Below are positions 26,715-36,559 of a DNA stretch of 64,000 bases, piece after piece. Where the stretch lies: NCBI GenBank assembly GCA_905236845.1, contig CAJOQM010000040.1, positions 28,050-92,049 of the forward strand, written 5' to 3'. Below the pieces are notes generated by a model. It searched no databases. It saw only the letters and a program-made list of their open reading frames with translations, and was not told the DNA's origin. A program made the position numbers and the translations under genes. The DNA comes from an uncultured Lachnospiraceae bacterium (GTDB taxonomy: Bacteria > Bacillota > Clostridia > Lachnospirales > Lachnospiraceae). The first letter of the stretch is position 1. Each line of letters opens with the position of its first letter.

Positions 26715-27553
26715 AAATTTTCTCCGAAAAATGCCACGGCTACCGCGCCGGGTCCTGCGTGTGTGCCGACTACGGTGCCTATTTGAGAGGCGTAAAGTCT
26801 ATCCACCTTATCAACCCATAAATGCCGGCTGTCCTGTATGTATGTGTTCAGCATTTCGTCCGATACACCCGTATATCCTAACAAAATGGGCATGGAATAA
26901 TCAACCCCTGTTCTTTTGACTTCGTCATTAAGGAAGTTGTTTGCTTTCTTGGAGCCCCTTGCTTTCCCGAGGAGAGATATTTCTCCGTTATATACGGTTA
27001 TTACAGGTTTAATACTTAGCATATTTCCCGCAACAGATACCGTTTTGGAGATACGGCCGCCTTTTTGCAGATATGTAAGGGTATCAAGGCAGGCAAGTAT
27101 TGTTACTTTTTCTTTTTTTCTTTCGACTGCCTCGAGTACCTCATTTGCAGACTTACCCTCATCCATAAGGCTAAGAGCGTATTTTGCAAGGATGGCGGTG
27201 CCTATGGCGACGCTTTTTCCGTCTATGACATGTATGTTTTCGTATTGCTCTGCTGCAATGCAGGCGCTTTGGTATGTTCCGGAAAATTTTGCGGAAACCG
27301 TGATAACGATGGCTTCGTCTCCCTGCGCCGTTACACGGGAAAATACTTTGTCGAAGGCAGCGGGGGATGGCTGGCTTGTACGGGGGAGCTTTTTGCTGTT
27401 TACAAGCTTCGTATAAAAATCATCCCTTGATAAATCTATTCCGTCTAAATATTCCGTCTCGACAAAGAATACGGAAAGCGGTATGATTTCGCATCTATCC
27501 GCCATATCCTCAAAAATATCCGTTGTTGAATCCAGTATCAGTTTAAGTGACAT
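26711..27553 (-). CDS. DegV family fatty-acid-binding protein
   Basis: GGAGGA RBS before the ATG at 27553 (MSLKLILDSTTD...). PRTSQPSP, the SAKFSGTYQSA pattern, and the LGYTG..GTHAGPGAVAVAFF C-terminus. The ORF-track start at 27700 is an unsupported extension. Confidence 0.88.
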   Translation of the reverse strand: MSLKLILDSTTDIFEDMADRCEIIPLSVFFVETEYLDGIDLSRDDFYTKLVNSKKLPRTSQPSPAAFDKVFSRVTAQGDEAIVITVSAKFSGTYQSACIAAEQYENIHVIDGKSVAIGTAILAKYALSLMDEGKSANEVLEAVERKKEKVTILACLDTLTYLQKGGRISKTVSVAGNMLSIKPVITVYNGEISLLGKARGSKKANNFLNDEVKRTGVDYSMPILLGYTGVSDEMLNTYIQDSRHLWVDKVDRLYASQIGTVVGTHAGPGAVAVAFFGENL

Positions 27554-27604
27554 AATAATCCTCCGTGTAAATGTTTTTTGCGATGATGAAAAATCAACTT
27601 TTAG

Positions 27605-27638
27605 ATTATACACGGAAGATGTTGAAATGTCAACATCT
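27605..27638 (-). promoter_or_regulatory. Consensus-like promoter of the degV-marR operon overlapped by a 9-bp/9-bp palindrome (candidate MarR operator)
   Basis: Minus strand: TTGACA (27628-27633), 17-nt spacer, TATAAT (27605-27610). The palindrome AGATGTTGA-N4-TCAACATCT (27617-27638) covers the -35 box. Confidence 0.55.
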
Positions 27639-27858
27639 AAAAATTTAAGGAGATGATGGAATGAAGCGTGGAGAGATATGGGCATTACGAATAATCGCAA
27701 TGCCCTTGGATGCGTGATTTGTATGTGTTTTTATTTTACTTTTTCAGTACCTTAATTCTGTTGCGACAGGTTTTATTCGATTTTTTTGCCGAAATAGTAT
27801 ATAATAATCCCTGACAGGTTCTTGCCTTTTATTTGCGGTATAAATAAATTTTCGGAGT

Positions 27859-28932
27859 ATGCATATGCAGTGGTTCTATCCCCGATATATCGAAAAGAAC
27901 GAACGGGAAAACTTTTATCAGGAAAAATTTGAATATAACAAAAATGTGTTCAGGTGGGTTGTGATTTTACTTTCACTTTCGGAAATCACTTATTTTTTCA
28001 CTGACTGTCAGATATTCGGACGTTTTGCCTATGAGACGGTGATTCCCAGATTTATTGTCCTTGTGCCCCTTGCAATCTTTTTGGTATACGAAAAAATACA
28101 TAAAAGATATTTTGGGAATATAGTTTTCAGCTATATGCTCATGCATATTTGCATGTGGTGCACGATTTGGAGCATATGGTTCCTTCCCAACAGGGATTTT
28201 TCAAGGGAAGGCTTTCTTGCCATGCAGTTTGGATTCCTTGCCCTGGGAATTTCTTCTCCATATTATCTTTCCACGCTGCTTCACGCTCTGATGTTTGCAA
28301 ACCTTTTTGTTTCAAATACTTTTATTCATTATGAGCATTTTGATATGATACTTACCCTGGGGCTTCCTATATTTGCCGGGATTACACTTCTTTTAAAGGT
28401 TCTGGAGAATAATTATATCGATCATTATATGGATGAAAAGAAGCTGGTAGAGCTTTCTTTCCACGACCAGCTGACAGGTGTATACAGCCGTAATATCCTT
28501 GATAAGATACTTCTTCCCGGCACCATGCAGCTTGACTTTGCCTCTGCAAAGCGGGTATGGGTGCTTCTTTTTGATATAGATTATTTTAAGCAGGTTAATG
28601 ATAACTACGGTCATGAAACCGGAGATAAGGTTCTTGTGATGGTTTCTGGAATAATTAATGAAAATATAAAGGATACGGATTATTGCCTTCGCTGGGGCGG
28701 AGAAGAATTTGTCGTGTTTTTGCAGGATGCTTCAAAGGAATCTGCAGCTGATATTGCGGAAAATGTACGCATAGCCGTATCGGAAAGCAGAAAGCTTGAT
28801 TGCGCTATTACCATATCCTGCGGCATCGCCCAATATCTGGGAAATGATTATCACCAGGCTATAAACGATGCCGACAAGGCTCTTTACAGGGCAAAAGAAA
28901 ACGGAAGAAACCGGATTGAGATGAAAGGCTGA
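27859..28932 (+). CDS. Membrane-bound diguanylate cyclase (GGEEF)
   Basis: About 6 TM helices, then FHDQLTGVYSRN, FDIDYFKQVNDNYGH, RWGGEEFVVFL and YRAKENGRNR. Confidence 0.88.
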   Translation: MHMQWFYPRYIEKNERENFYQEKFEYNKNVFRWVVILLSLSEITYFFTDCQIFGRFAYETVIPRFIVLVPLAIFLVYEKIHKRYFGNIVFSYMLMHICMWCTIWSIWFLPNRDFSREGFLAMQFGFLALGISSPYYLSTLLHALMFANLFVSNTFIHYEHFDMILTLGLPIFAGITLLLKVLENNYIDHYMDEKKLVELSFHDQLTGVYSRNILDKILLPGTMQLDFASAKRVWVLLFDIDYFKQVNDNYGHETGDKVLVMVSGIINENIKDTDYCLRWGGEEFVVFLQDASKESAADIAENVRIAVSESRKLDCAITISCGIAQYLGNDYHQAINDADKALYRAKENGRNRIEMKG

Positions 28933-28934
28933 AA

Positions 28935-30893
28935 ATGGATAAAAAACAACAACGAATGAAAGAGCTTGTTAAGACGCTTTCAGATGCCTCCCGGGCTTAT
29001 TATCAGGAAAGCCGGGAAATAATGAGCAATTTTGAATATGATAAGCTCTATGATGAGCTGCTTTTGCTGGAAGAAGAGACCAAAATCGTATTTGCCGGGA
29101 GCCCTACACAGAAGGTTGGTTATGAGATTTTAAGCGAGCTTCCCAAGGAAAGGCATGAAAAACCTATGCTTTCCCTTGATAAGACAAAGAGCGTAGAAGA
29201 GCTTCAGGAATGGCTTGGCGAGCAAAAGGGGCTTTTGTCATGGAAAATGGACGGGCTTACCGTAGTTCTTACATATGAAGACGGCAGGCTTAATAAAGCC
29301 GTCACCCGCGGAAACGGCGAAATCGGCGAAGTCATTACACCAAACGCAGGCACCTTTGTAAATATTCCTACTACAATTCCGTATTCAAACAGGCTTATTC
29401 TCCGCGGTGAAGCCATTATTACGTACTCTGATTTTGAGAAGCTTAATGCGGCAATTCCCGATGTGGATGCAAAATACAAAAATCCAAGGAACCTTTGCAG
29501 CGGCTCCGTCCGGCAGTTAAACAGCAAGGTTACGGCGGAGCGAAATGTCCGGTTTATTGCGTTTTCTCTTGTGGAAGCTTCAGGAGTTGATTTTAAAAAT
29601 TCCAGGAAAGAGCAATTTTCCTGGCTTAAATCCCTTGGCTTTGATGTGGTTGAATATACGGAAGTTACGAGGGAGAGCCTTCCTGATGCGGTGGAGGGAT
29701 TTGCAAAAAAGATTGAAAATTATGATATTCCTTCGGATGGTCTTGTGCTTTTGTATGATGATATTGACTATGGCAGGTCTTTGGGGCGTACAGCCAAATT
29801 CCCCCGGGATTCCATTGCGTTTAAATGGGCGGATGAAATATGCGAAACAACCCTTTCGTACATTGAGTGGAGCGCATCAAGAACTGGGCTTATAAATCCC
29901 GTAGCGGTCTTTGAACCTGTGGAGCTTGAAGGAACTACCGTAAGCCGTGCCAGCGTCCATAATATAAGCATAATGGAAGGATTGCAGCTGGGTGAAGGAG
30001 ATACGATAACTGTCTATAAGGCAAATATGATCATTCCCCAGATAGCCGATAACCTTACCAGAAGCAGCTCTTGCGCAATACCGGGCAAATGTCCTGTCTG
30101 CGGCAAAGATACGCAGATAAGGGACGTTACCGGGGTAAAAAGCCTTTATTGTACAAATCCCGATTGCCAGGCGAAGAAGATAAAGCGCTTTGTATTGTTT
30201 GTAAGCAGGGATGCATTAAATATCGACGGGCTTTCGGAAATGACTCTGGAAAAATTCATTGCATGCGGCTTTATTCACGAGTTTTGCGATATATTCCATC
30301 TGGACCGGCACAAGGACAGCATTATCGCTATGGAAGGATTTGGGGAGAAATCTTATGTAAACCTTATCTCCGCAACAAAAAAAGCCTCCGAAACCACATT
30401 GACCCGTGTTATATACGGTCTTGGCATAGAGGGCATAGGTCTTGCCAATGCCAAGATGATCTGCAAATATTTTAATAACGACCCAGACAAAATGCGCCGG
30501 GCAGATAAAGAAGAATTGTGCGCTATAGAGGGCATAGGAGATGTGCTTGCGCAAGCCTGGGTTAAATATTTCTCGTCGGAAAGCAATAATGTTGAGCTTG
30601 ATAATCTGCTAAAGGATCTTACTTTTGCTGAAGAATCCGCAAATGACAGGGAGCAGATTTTTGAAGGGAAGACCTTCGTAGTCACCGGATCTTTAAACCA
30701 TTTTATAAACCGCAAGGAATTGCAAAGCCTCATAGAAAGCCTGGGAGGAAAGGTGACAGGCTCAGTTTCTGCAAAGACCGACTACCTTATAAATAATGAT
30801 GTCACATCAAATTCCTCCAAAAACAAAACTGCCAAAAGCCTCGGCATTCCCATTATTTCTGAAGAGGAATTTTTGGAGTTGGAAGGGGGATGA
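28935..30893 (+). CDS. ligA: NAD-dependent DNA ligase
   Basis: Adenylation motif SWKMDGLT, OB fold, Zn finger CPVCG..CTNPDC, HhH repeats and a C-terminal BRCT (GKTFVVTGSL..). Confidence 0.95.
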   Translation: MDKKQQRMKELVKTLSDASRAYYQESREIMSNFEYDKLYDELLLLEEETKIVFAGSPTQKVGYEILSELPKERHEKPMLSLDKTKSVEELQEWLGEQKGLLSWKMDGLTVVLTYEDGRLNKAVTRGNGEIGEVITPNAGTFVNIPTTIPYSNRLILRGEAIITYSDFEKLNAAIPDVDAKYKNPRNLCSGSVRQLNSKVTAERNVRFIAFSLVEASGVDFKNSRKEQFSWLKSLGFDVVEYTEVTRESLPDAVEGFAKKIENYDIPSDGLVLLYDDIDYGRSLGRTAKFPRDSIAFKWADEICETTLSYIEWSASRTGLINPVAVFEPVELEGTTVSRASVHNISIMEGLQLGEGDTITVYKANMIIPQIADNLTRSSSCAIPGKCPVCGKDTQIRDVTGVKSLYCTNPDCQAKKIKRFVLFVSRDALNIDGLSEMTLEKFIACGFIHEFCDIFHLDRHKDSIIAMEGFGEKSYVNLISATKKASETTLTRVIYGLGIEGIGLANAKMICKYFNNDPDKMRRADKEELCAIEGIGDVLAQAWVKYFSSESNNVELDNLLKDLTFAEESANDREQIFEGKTFVVTGSLNHFINRKELQSLIESLGGKVTGSVSAKTDYLINNDVTSNSSKNKTAKSLGIPIISEEEFLELEGG

Positions 30894-30973
30894 CTTTACT
30901 TCAAAAATAATTTGGCAAAGATATACTTTGTGTGGTAAGATGTTAGGCGTTTGAAATTCAGACCAGGGAAACG

Positions 30974-33667
30974 TTGAACCGAAAGATTATTAACATGCCG
31001 AATTTATCCAAAGACGAACTTAAATCTCTTTCTCCCATGATGAAAGAATATCTGAAGACGAAGAATGAGAACCCGGGCTGTATAATATTTTACAGGCTGG
31101 GTGATTTTTATGAGATGTTCTTTGAGGATGCTGAGTTGGTATCGAGGGAGCTTGAGCTTACGCTGACCGGCAAAAGCTGCGGTCTTCCCGAACGGGCGCC
31201 TATGTGCGGCGTGCCTTTTCATGCCTGTGATACGTATCTGGATCTGCTTATAGAAAAGGGATACCGGGTGGCTATCTGTGAGCAGGTAGAAGACCCGAGG
31301 GAGGCAAAGGGACTGGTAAAGCGGGAAGTGATCCGCATCGTAAGCCCCGGCACCAATATCGCAACATCTGCTCTTGATGAAGACAAAAATAATTATATAT
31401 GCTGTGCGGCTGCGGCGCCTTCCGGAGCCTGCGCCCTGGCTGCAGCAGATGTTCTTACGGGGGATTTTTTCGTAGCTGCAAGGCAGGATTCCTCCGGTCT
31501 TTTGGAGGATATTTACAGGATTTCCCCGTCTGAAGTTATATTAAATCAGACGCTTTTTGATAATGAAGAATTTATACAGGGATTAAAGAGCCTTGATATA
31601 ATGATTACTCCGGGTGACAAGGGAATGTATGATGCGGCCCTTGCCATAGAAGAGCTCAAAAGCCATTTTAAGACGTATTCCACGAAGGCTTTGGGGATTG
31701 ATGAAGACGATCTTGAAGCTGTATGCGCAGGGTCTTTGCTAAAAAATCTTAAGTTTACCCAGAAAAACGACCTTTCCCATATTACGATAATCCGGAAAAA
31801 CTCCTTTGACAACAGGATGATTTTAGACCGTGCCACGGTTAGGAATCTCGAACTTTCCGAAACTATGAGAGAAAAGAAAAAGAAAGGTTCCCTTCTGGGA
31901 GTTCTCGACAGGACAAAGACTGCCATGGGAGCCCGTCTTCTTCGCAAGAGTGTTACTTCTCCTCTGACTGATAAAGTCCGCATAGAAAGGCGTCTTGACG
32001 GGATTTCGGATCTTCTTAGGGATATGATTACCCGGGAGGAGCTTCGGGAATATTTAAATTGCGTATATGACCTGGAGCGCCTTTTGGGGAAGGTTATATA
32101 CGGCAGCGCAAATCCCAGGGATTTAAACGCTTTTGCAGGTTCTCTAAAATATATTCCCGACATAAAGATCCAGCTTGAAAATTTTGACAGTGAGATCATA
32201 AAGGATATAAACAGCGGTCTTGATCCGCTTACGGATATATATTCTCTTATAGAAAACGCTATAAGGGAAGATCCTCCCGTTACCATCCGTGAGGGCGGTA
32301 TAATTAATGACGGGTATTCCCAAAGGATAGACGAATACAGAAAGGCGTCAACAGAGGGGAAGAGCTGGCTTGCACAGGTGGAGGAAGAAGAGCGGGAAAA
32401 GACCGGCATTAAGAACCTTAAGATAAAATACAACAAGGTCTTCGGATATTTTCTAGAAGTGACGAATTCATATCTTGATCTTGTACCGGATTATTTCATG
32501 CGTAAGCAGACCCTGACAGGATCCGAGCGATTTATTACGCCCCGGCTTAAGGAGCTCGAAGATACTATACTTGGAGCAAACGACCGTCTGACGGCTCTGG
32601 AATATGAGATTTATATGCAGGTCGTAGACAAAATAAAGGAAGCTTCCGGAAGAATCCGGCAAAGTGCGGACGCTCTGGCACGCCTTGATGTATTGTGCTC
32701 TTTGGCATATGTAGCCGAAAAGAATCATTATGTACGTCCGAAGATCAGCAATGATGATATTCTGGATATAAAAGGCGGGCGCCATCCTGTTGTGGAAAAC
32801 ATGAAAGGCGGAGAGCTATTCGTTGAAAACGATACCTATCTTGATGATAAGGATAACCGGATAGCTATAATAACGGGACCTAATATGGCGGGTAAATCCA
32901 CATATATGCGTCAAAGCGCCCTTATTACCCTTATGGCGCAGATGGGCTCTTATGTTCCTGCCGCATCGGCTGTGATAGGGATCTGCGACAGGATATTTAC
33001 AAGGGTAGGGGCATCCGACGACCTTTCAAGCGGTCAGAGTACATTTATGCTGGAAATGACGGAAGTCGCAAATATCCTTAGAAATGCCACTAATAAAAGT
33101 CTTATCATACTTGATGAAATCGGCCGTGGCACAAGCACATATGACGGTCTTTCCATAGCCTGGGCTGTTGCAGAATATATCAGCAGATCTGATAAACGCT
33201 GCGCAAAGACGCTTTTTGCAACGCATTATCACGAAATGACAAGCCTTCCCGATGTGCTGCCAAATGTAAAGAATTATAATATCCTGGTAAAGGAAAATGC
33301 TGCGGGTATAGTGTTCCTTCGAAGGATTGCACCCGGGGGCGCAGATAGAAGCTACGGTATACAGGTGGCAGAGCTCGCGGGAGTCCCGGATGAAGTAACA
33401 AAGCGCGCAAGAGTCATACTTTCGGGCATTATATCAGATAAAGAAAAAACGGGGCAGACTTCTGAAAGCCTTCGGGATATTTCCAAAGCATATGACTTAA
33501 AGCCCGGAGATACCATGGATAAACCATCGCCCGATGATGAACTTACACCTGAAATATTTGCGTGTGCAGACAAGATAAAAAACGCAGACCTTTCCCGTCT
33601 TACGCCCCTTGATGCAATAAATTTCTTATACGAATTGCAGGATAGTTTAAATCATGATAAAAATTAA
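30974..33667 (+). CDS. mutS: DNA mismatch repair protein MutS
   Basis: SPMMKEYLKTK, FYRLGDFYEMFFEDA, Walker A GPNMAGKSTYMRQ and DEIGRGTSTYDG. The start is ambiguous: TTG at 30974 or ATG at 30995. Confidence 0.95.
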   Translation: MNRKIINMPNLSKDELKSLSPMMKEYLKTKNENPGCIIFYRLGDFYEMFFEDAELVSRELELTLTGKSCGLPERAPMCGVPFHACDTYLDLLIEKGYRVAICEQVEDPREAKGLVKREVIRIVSPGTNIATSALDEDKNNYICCAAAAPSGACALAAADVLTGDFFVAARQDSSGLLEDIYRISPSEVILNQTLFDNEEFIQGLKSLDIMITPGDKGMYDAALAIEELKSHFKTYSTKALGIDEDDLEAVCAGSLLKNLKFTQKNDLSHITIIRKNSFDNRMILDRATVRNLELSETMREKKKKGSLLGVLDRTKTAMGARLLRKSVTSPLTDKVRIERRLDGISDLLRDMITREELREYLNCVYDLERLLGKVIYGSANPRDLNAFAGSLKYIPDIKIQLENFDSEIIKDINSGLDPLTDIYSLIENAIREDPPVTIREGGIINDGYSQRIDEYRKASTEGKSWLAQVEEEEREKTGIKNLKIKYNKVFGYFLEVTNSYLDLVPDYFMRKQTLTGSERFITPRLKELEDTILGANDRLTALEYEIYMQVVDKIKEASGRIRQSADALARLDVLCSLAYVAEKNHYVRPKISNDDILDIKGGRHPVVENMKGGELFVENDTYLDDKDNRIAIITGPNMAGKSTYMRQSALITLMAQMGSYVPAASAVIGICDRIFTRVGASDDLSSGQSTFMLEMTEVANILRNATNKSLIILDEIGRGTSTYDGLSIAWAVAEYISRSDKRCAKTLFATHYHEMTSLPDVLPNVKNYNILVKENAAGIVFLRRIAPGGADRSYGIQVAELAGVPDEVTKRARVILSGIISDKEKTGQTSESLRDISKAYDLKPGDTMDKPSPDDELTPEIFACADKIKNADLSRLTPLDAINFLYELQDSLNHDKN

Positions 33668-35576
33668 TTTATTAGACCAAAATACAATAGATAAAATCGC
33701 AGCGGGAGAAGTAGTAGACCGCCCGTCTTCAGTCGTCAAGGAGCTGTGTGAGAACGCAATAGACGCCGGAGCTACCATGATTACAGCAGAGCTTAAATCC
33801 GGCGGTACAAGGCTTATACGTATTACGGATAACGGCTGCGGTATAGCAAAAGAAGACGTAAAGGATGCATTTTTGCGGCATTCCACCAGCAAATTAAGCT
33901 CCATAGAAGATCTGCTTACAATAGGGACTCTGGGCTTTCGGGGAGAGGCGTTATCAAGCATAAGCGCCGTTTCAAAGGTGACTCTGCTCACAAAGACAAA
34001 AGAAAGCCTTGTGGGCGTCCGATATATCATAGACGGCGGCAATGAGACTGCTTTTGAGGATGCCGGGGTGCCGGACGGGACGACTATTATGGTGGAAAAT
34101 ATTTTCCAAAATGTCCCGGCCCGTCTTAAATTCCTAAAATCCGCAAGGACAGAAGAGAGCGCCTGCAAAAATATTTTTGACAGGCTTGCCATGTCTCATC
34201 CCCATATAGCTTTTCGGCTGATATGCGACGGAAGGACTCTTCTTAATACTCCGGGAAGCGGAAAGCTTATAGATATCCTGTATTCCCTGTATGGCAAGGA
34301 CGTAACGGGGCATCTTTTGCGTATAGATAAGACAGATGGCGATATGTCCGTTAGCGGATATGTGGGAGACCCGGGTTCATGCAGGGGGAACAGACAGTAT
34401 GAGATATTTTTTGTAAACGGACGTTATGTAAACTGCAATACAATATCAAAAGCGGCAGAAGAAGCCTTTAAACCATATCTTATGAATCATCAGTTCCCGG
34501 TGGCGGTATTGTTTTTAAATCTTCCGGGTGACCGGGTGGATGTAAATGTGCATCCTGCAAAGGCCGAGGTTCGTTTTACGGATGAAAAGTACGTATATGA
34601 TTTTGCAAAGGATGCAGTCTTAGATATATTGTCCCACAGAGAACTTATCCCGAAGCTTACGGCTGAAGATAAAAAGCTGCCTCCTGGATTTGCTGCCTCT
34701 TATGTGACAGAGGATAATGCCGCAGATGAACCTGCATCAAAGCCCTATGCGGAGCCTCTTTCCCAAAAGGCTCCATATGAAGATCTTGCCTATTCCATAG
34801 CAGAAACCTCGGCGCCTATTATAGAATCAGACATTACCGTAAGCGCTCCCGAAAGCCCGGAGGTCACACCGTATTTTATGCCCCGGGAAAATAAGCGGGA
34901 TATAGAAAAGCAGATTAGCGCAGGGGAATTCTTCGGAAGGGATAAAGATGAGAATCCGGATAAGGACGAACCTTCCGTGGAATCTTATTTTAAGCCGCAG
35001 ATCCGCGTGATCGGCTGCGTCTTTGATACATACTGGCTTATAGAATACGACGGAAAATTCTATATGTGCGACCAGCATGCGGCTCACGAAAAGGTGAATT
35101 ATGAGCGTTTTTTGAAGCGATTTCGGGAAAGAAGCTTCGATGCCCAGAGGATTATGCCCCCTATGATAGTAACGCTTTCAAACGACGAAAAAAATCTTGT
35201 GGACAATGCCCTTGATTTGTTTAATGATTTTGGATTTGAGATAGCTCCTTTTGGGGAAAACGAATATGCGATTTATACCGTGCCTGCTGATGCATATGGT
35301 ATGGACGGAAAGACCTTCTTTACGGCGCTTCTTGATGAATTCGGGGACAAGATACGTCTTGATACGGAGCCTGACCTGATATTGCAAAAATTGGCGACTG
35401 CCGCCTGCAAGGCTTCCGTAAAGGGCGGGGATAAGATTTCGTATTCAGACGCCGTTGCCCTGCTTAACGACCTTTTTGCGTTGGAAAATCCCTATAACTG
35501 CCCTCACGGAAGACCTACGATGATCTCCTTTGAAAAGACAGAGATAGAAAAGATGTTTAAGAGGATTGTTTCATGA
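33654..35576 (+). CDS. mutL: DNA mismatch repair protein MutL
   Basis: IDKIAAGEVVDRPSSVVKELCENAIDAG, GFRGEALSSI, and a C-terminal dimerisation/endonuclease region with DQHAAHEK. It overlaps the mutS end by 14 nt. Confidence 0.95.
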   Translation: MIKINLLDQNTIDKIAAGEVVDRPSSVVKELCENAIDAGATMITAELKSGGTRLIRITDNGCGIAKEDVKDAFLRHSTSKLSSIEDLLTIGTLGFRGEALSSISAVSKVTLLTKTKESLVGVRYIIDGGNETAFEDAGVPDGTTIMVENIFQNVPARLKFLKSARTEESACKNIFDRLAMSHPHIAFRLICDGRTLLNTPGSGKLIDILYSLYGKDVTGHLLRIDKTDGDMSVSGYVGDPGSCRGNRQYEIFFVNGRYVNCNTISKAAEEAFKPYLMNHQFPVAVLFLNLPGDRVDVNVHPAKAEVRFTDEKYVYDFAKDAVLDILSHRELIPKLTAEDKKLPPGFAASYVTEDNAADEPASKPYAEPLSQKAPYEDLAYSIAETSAPIIESDITVSAPESPEVTPYFMPRENKRDIEKQISAGEFFGRDKDENPDKDEPSVESYFKPQIRVIGCVFDTYWLIEYDGKFYMCDQHAAHEKVNYERFLKRFRERSFDAQRIMPPMIVTLSNDEKNLVDNALDLFNDFGFEIAPFGENEYAIYTVPADAYGMDGKTFFTALLDEFGDKIRLDTEPDLILQKLATAACKASVKGGDKISYSDAVALLNDLFALENPYNCPHGRPTMISFEKTEIEKMFKRIVS

Positions 35577-36559
35577 CAGATGATGCGTTAAATACCGGAA
35601 AACCTCCCCTGATAATTATCGGAGGACCTACTGCCTGCGGAAAGACAGCAGTATCCGTAGCTTTGGCAAAGAAAATAAATTCCGGGATAATAAGTGCGGA
35701 TTCCGTTCAGGTATACCGGCATATGGATATTGGCTCTGCCAAGGTGACAAAGGATGAAATGCAGGGGATCATTCATTATCTTATTGATATTAAAGACCCG
35801 GATGAGGATTTTGATGTAACGGAATTTGTCCGTCTTGCAAAAGAAGCCGCCCTTAAATGCAAGGAAAATGCCTGTGTCCCTGTAATTGCAGGAGGCACGG
35901 CTTTTTATGTACAGGCTCTTATTAAAGACATTGATTTTGAAGAAGAGATTATTGACGAAAAATACAGAGATAAATTAAATGAAATCGCCGAGGAAAAGGG
36001 GGCGGACGCTCTTATAAATGAGCTTTCAATAACAGATCCGGTATCGGCAGATTCTATTGACCCCAAAAACACAAAGCGCATTATCCGCGCCCTGGAATTC
36101 TACAAAAACAACGGCTATCCTATTTCAGAGCATAATGCAAACATGCGCAAAAAAGAGCCGGCCTTTAACTATATTTATTTTGTGCTTACAGGGGACAGGA
36201 AAGAAATCTACGAAAGAATAAACCGCAGGGTAGATGAAATGATTAAAGACGGGCTTGTTGATGAAGTAAAAGCTTTGCGGGAGCGTGGATACGGAGCCTG
36301 CCTTAAGTCTATGAAATCACTTGGTTATGCCCAGATAAACGATTATCTTGACGGGAAATATGACCTTGATGAAGCCATCCGCCTTATAAAGCGCGACACC
36401 CGGCATTTTGCCAAAAGGCAGCTTACATGGTACAGAAACGAAAATATGGCCTACGGACTTAGGACTACGGAGATTAATTCCGGAGATTTTGATTACGATC
36501 CGGATAAAATTTCGGATTATATGATAGAAATATGCAAAGAAAAAGGGATGTTACAATGA
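35573..36559 (+). CDS. miaA: tRNA dimethylallyltransferase
   Basis: P-loop GGPTACGKTAVS, DSVQVYRHMDIGSAK and IAGGTAFY. ATGA overlap with the mutL stop. Confidence 0.93.
   Translation: MTDDALNTGKPPLIIIGGPTACGKTAVSVALAKKINSGIISADSVQVYRHMDIGSAKVTKDEMQGIIHYLIDIKDPDEDFDVTEFVRLAKEAALKCKENACVPVIAGGTAFYVQALIKDIDFEEEIIDEKYRDKLNEIAEEKGADALINELSITDPVSADSIDPKNTKRIIRALEFYKNNGYPISEHNANMRKKEPAFNYIYFVLTGDRKEIYERINRRVDEMIKDGLVDEVKALRERGYGACLKSMKSLGYAQINDYLDGKYDLDEAIRLIKRDTRHFAKRQLTWYRNENMAYGLRTTEINSGDFDYDPDKISDYMIEICKEKGMLQ

Noticed and set aside
31546-32436. Long antisense ORFs inside mutS, and similar ones at 6025-6795 in mgtE, 33647-34192 in mutL, 45687-46400 in rodA/dac and 61677-62258 in lexA
   Set aside because: These are shadow ORFs opposite well-supported genes. 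They have no RBS and low-complexity Ser/Arg/Phe-rich translations.
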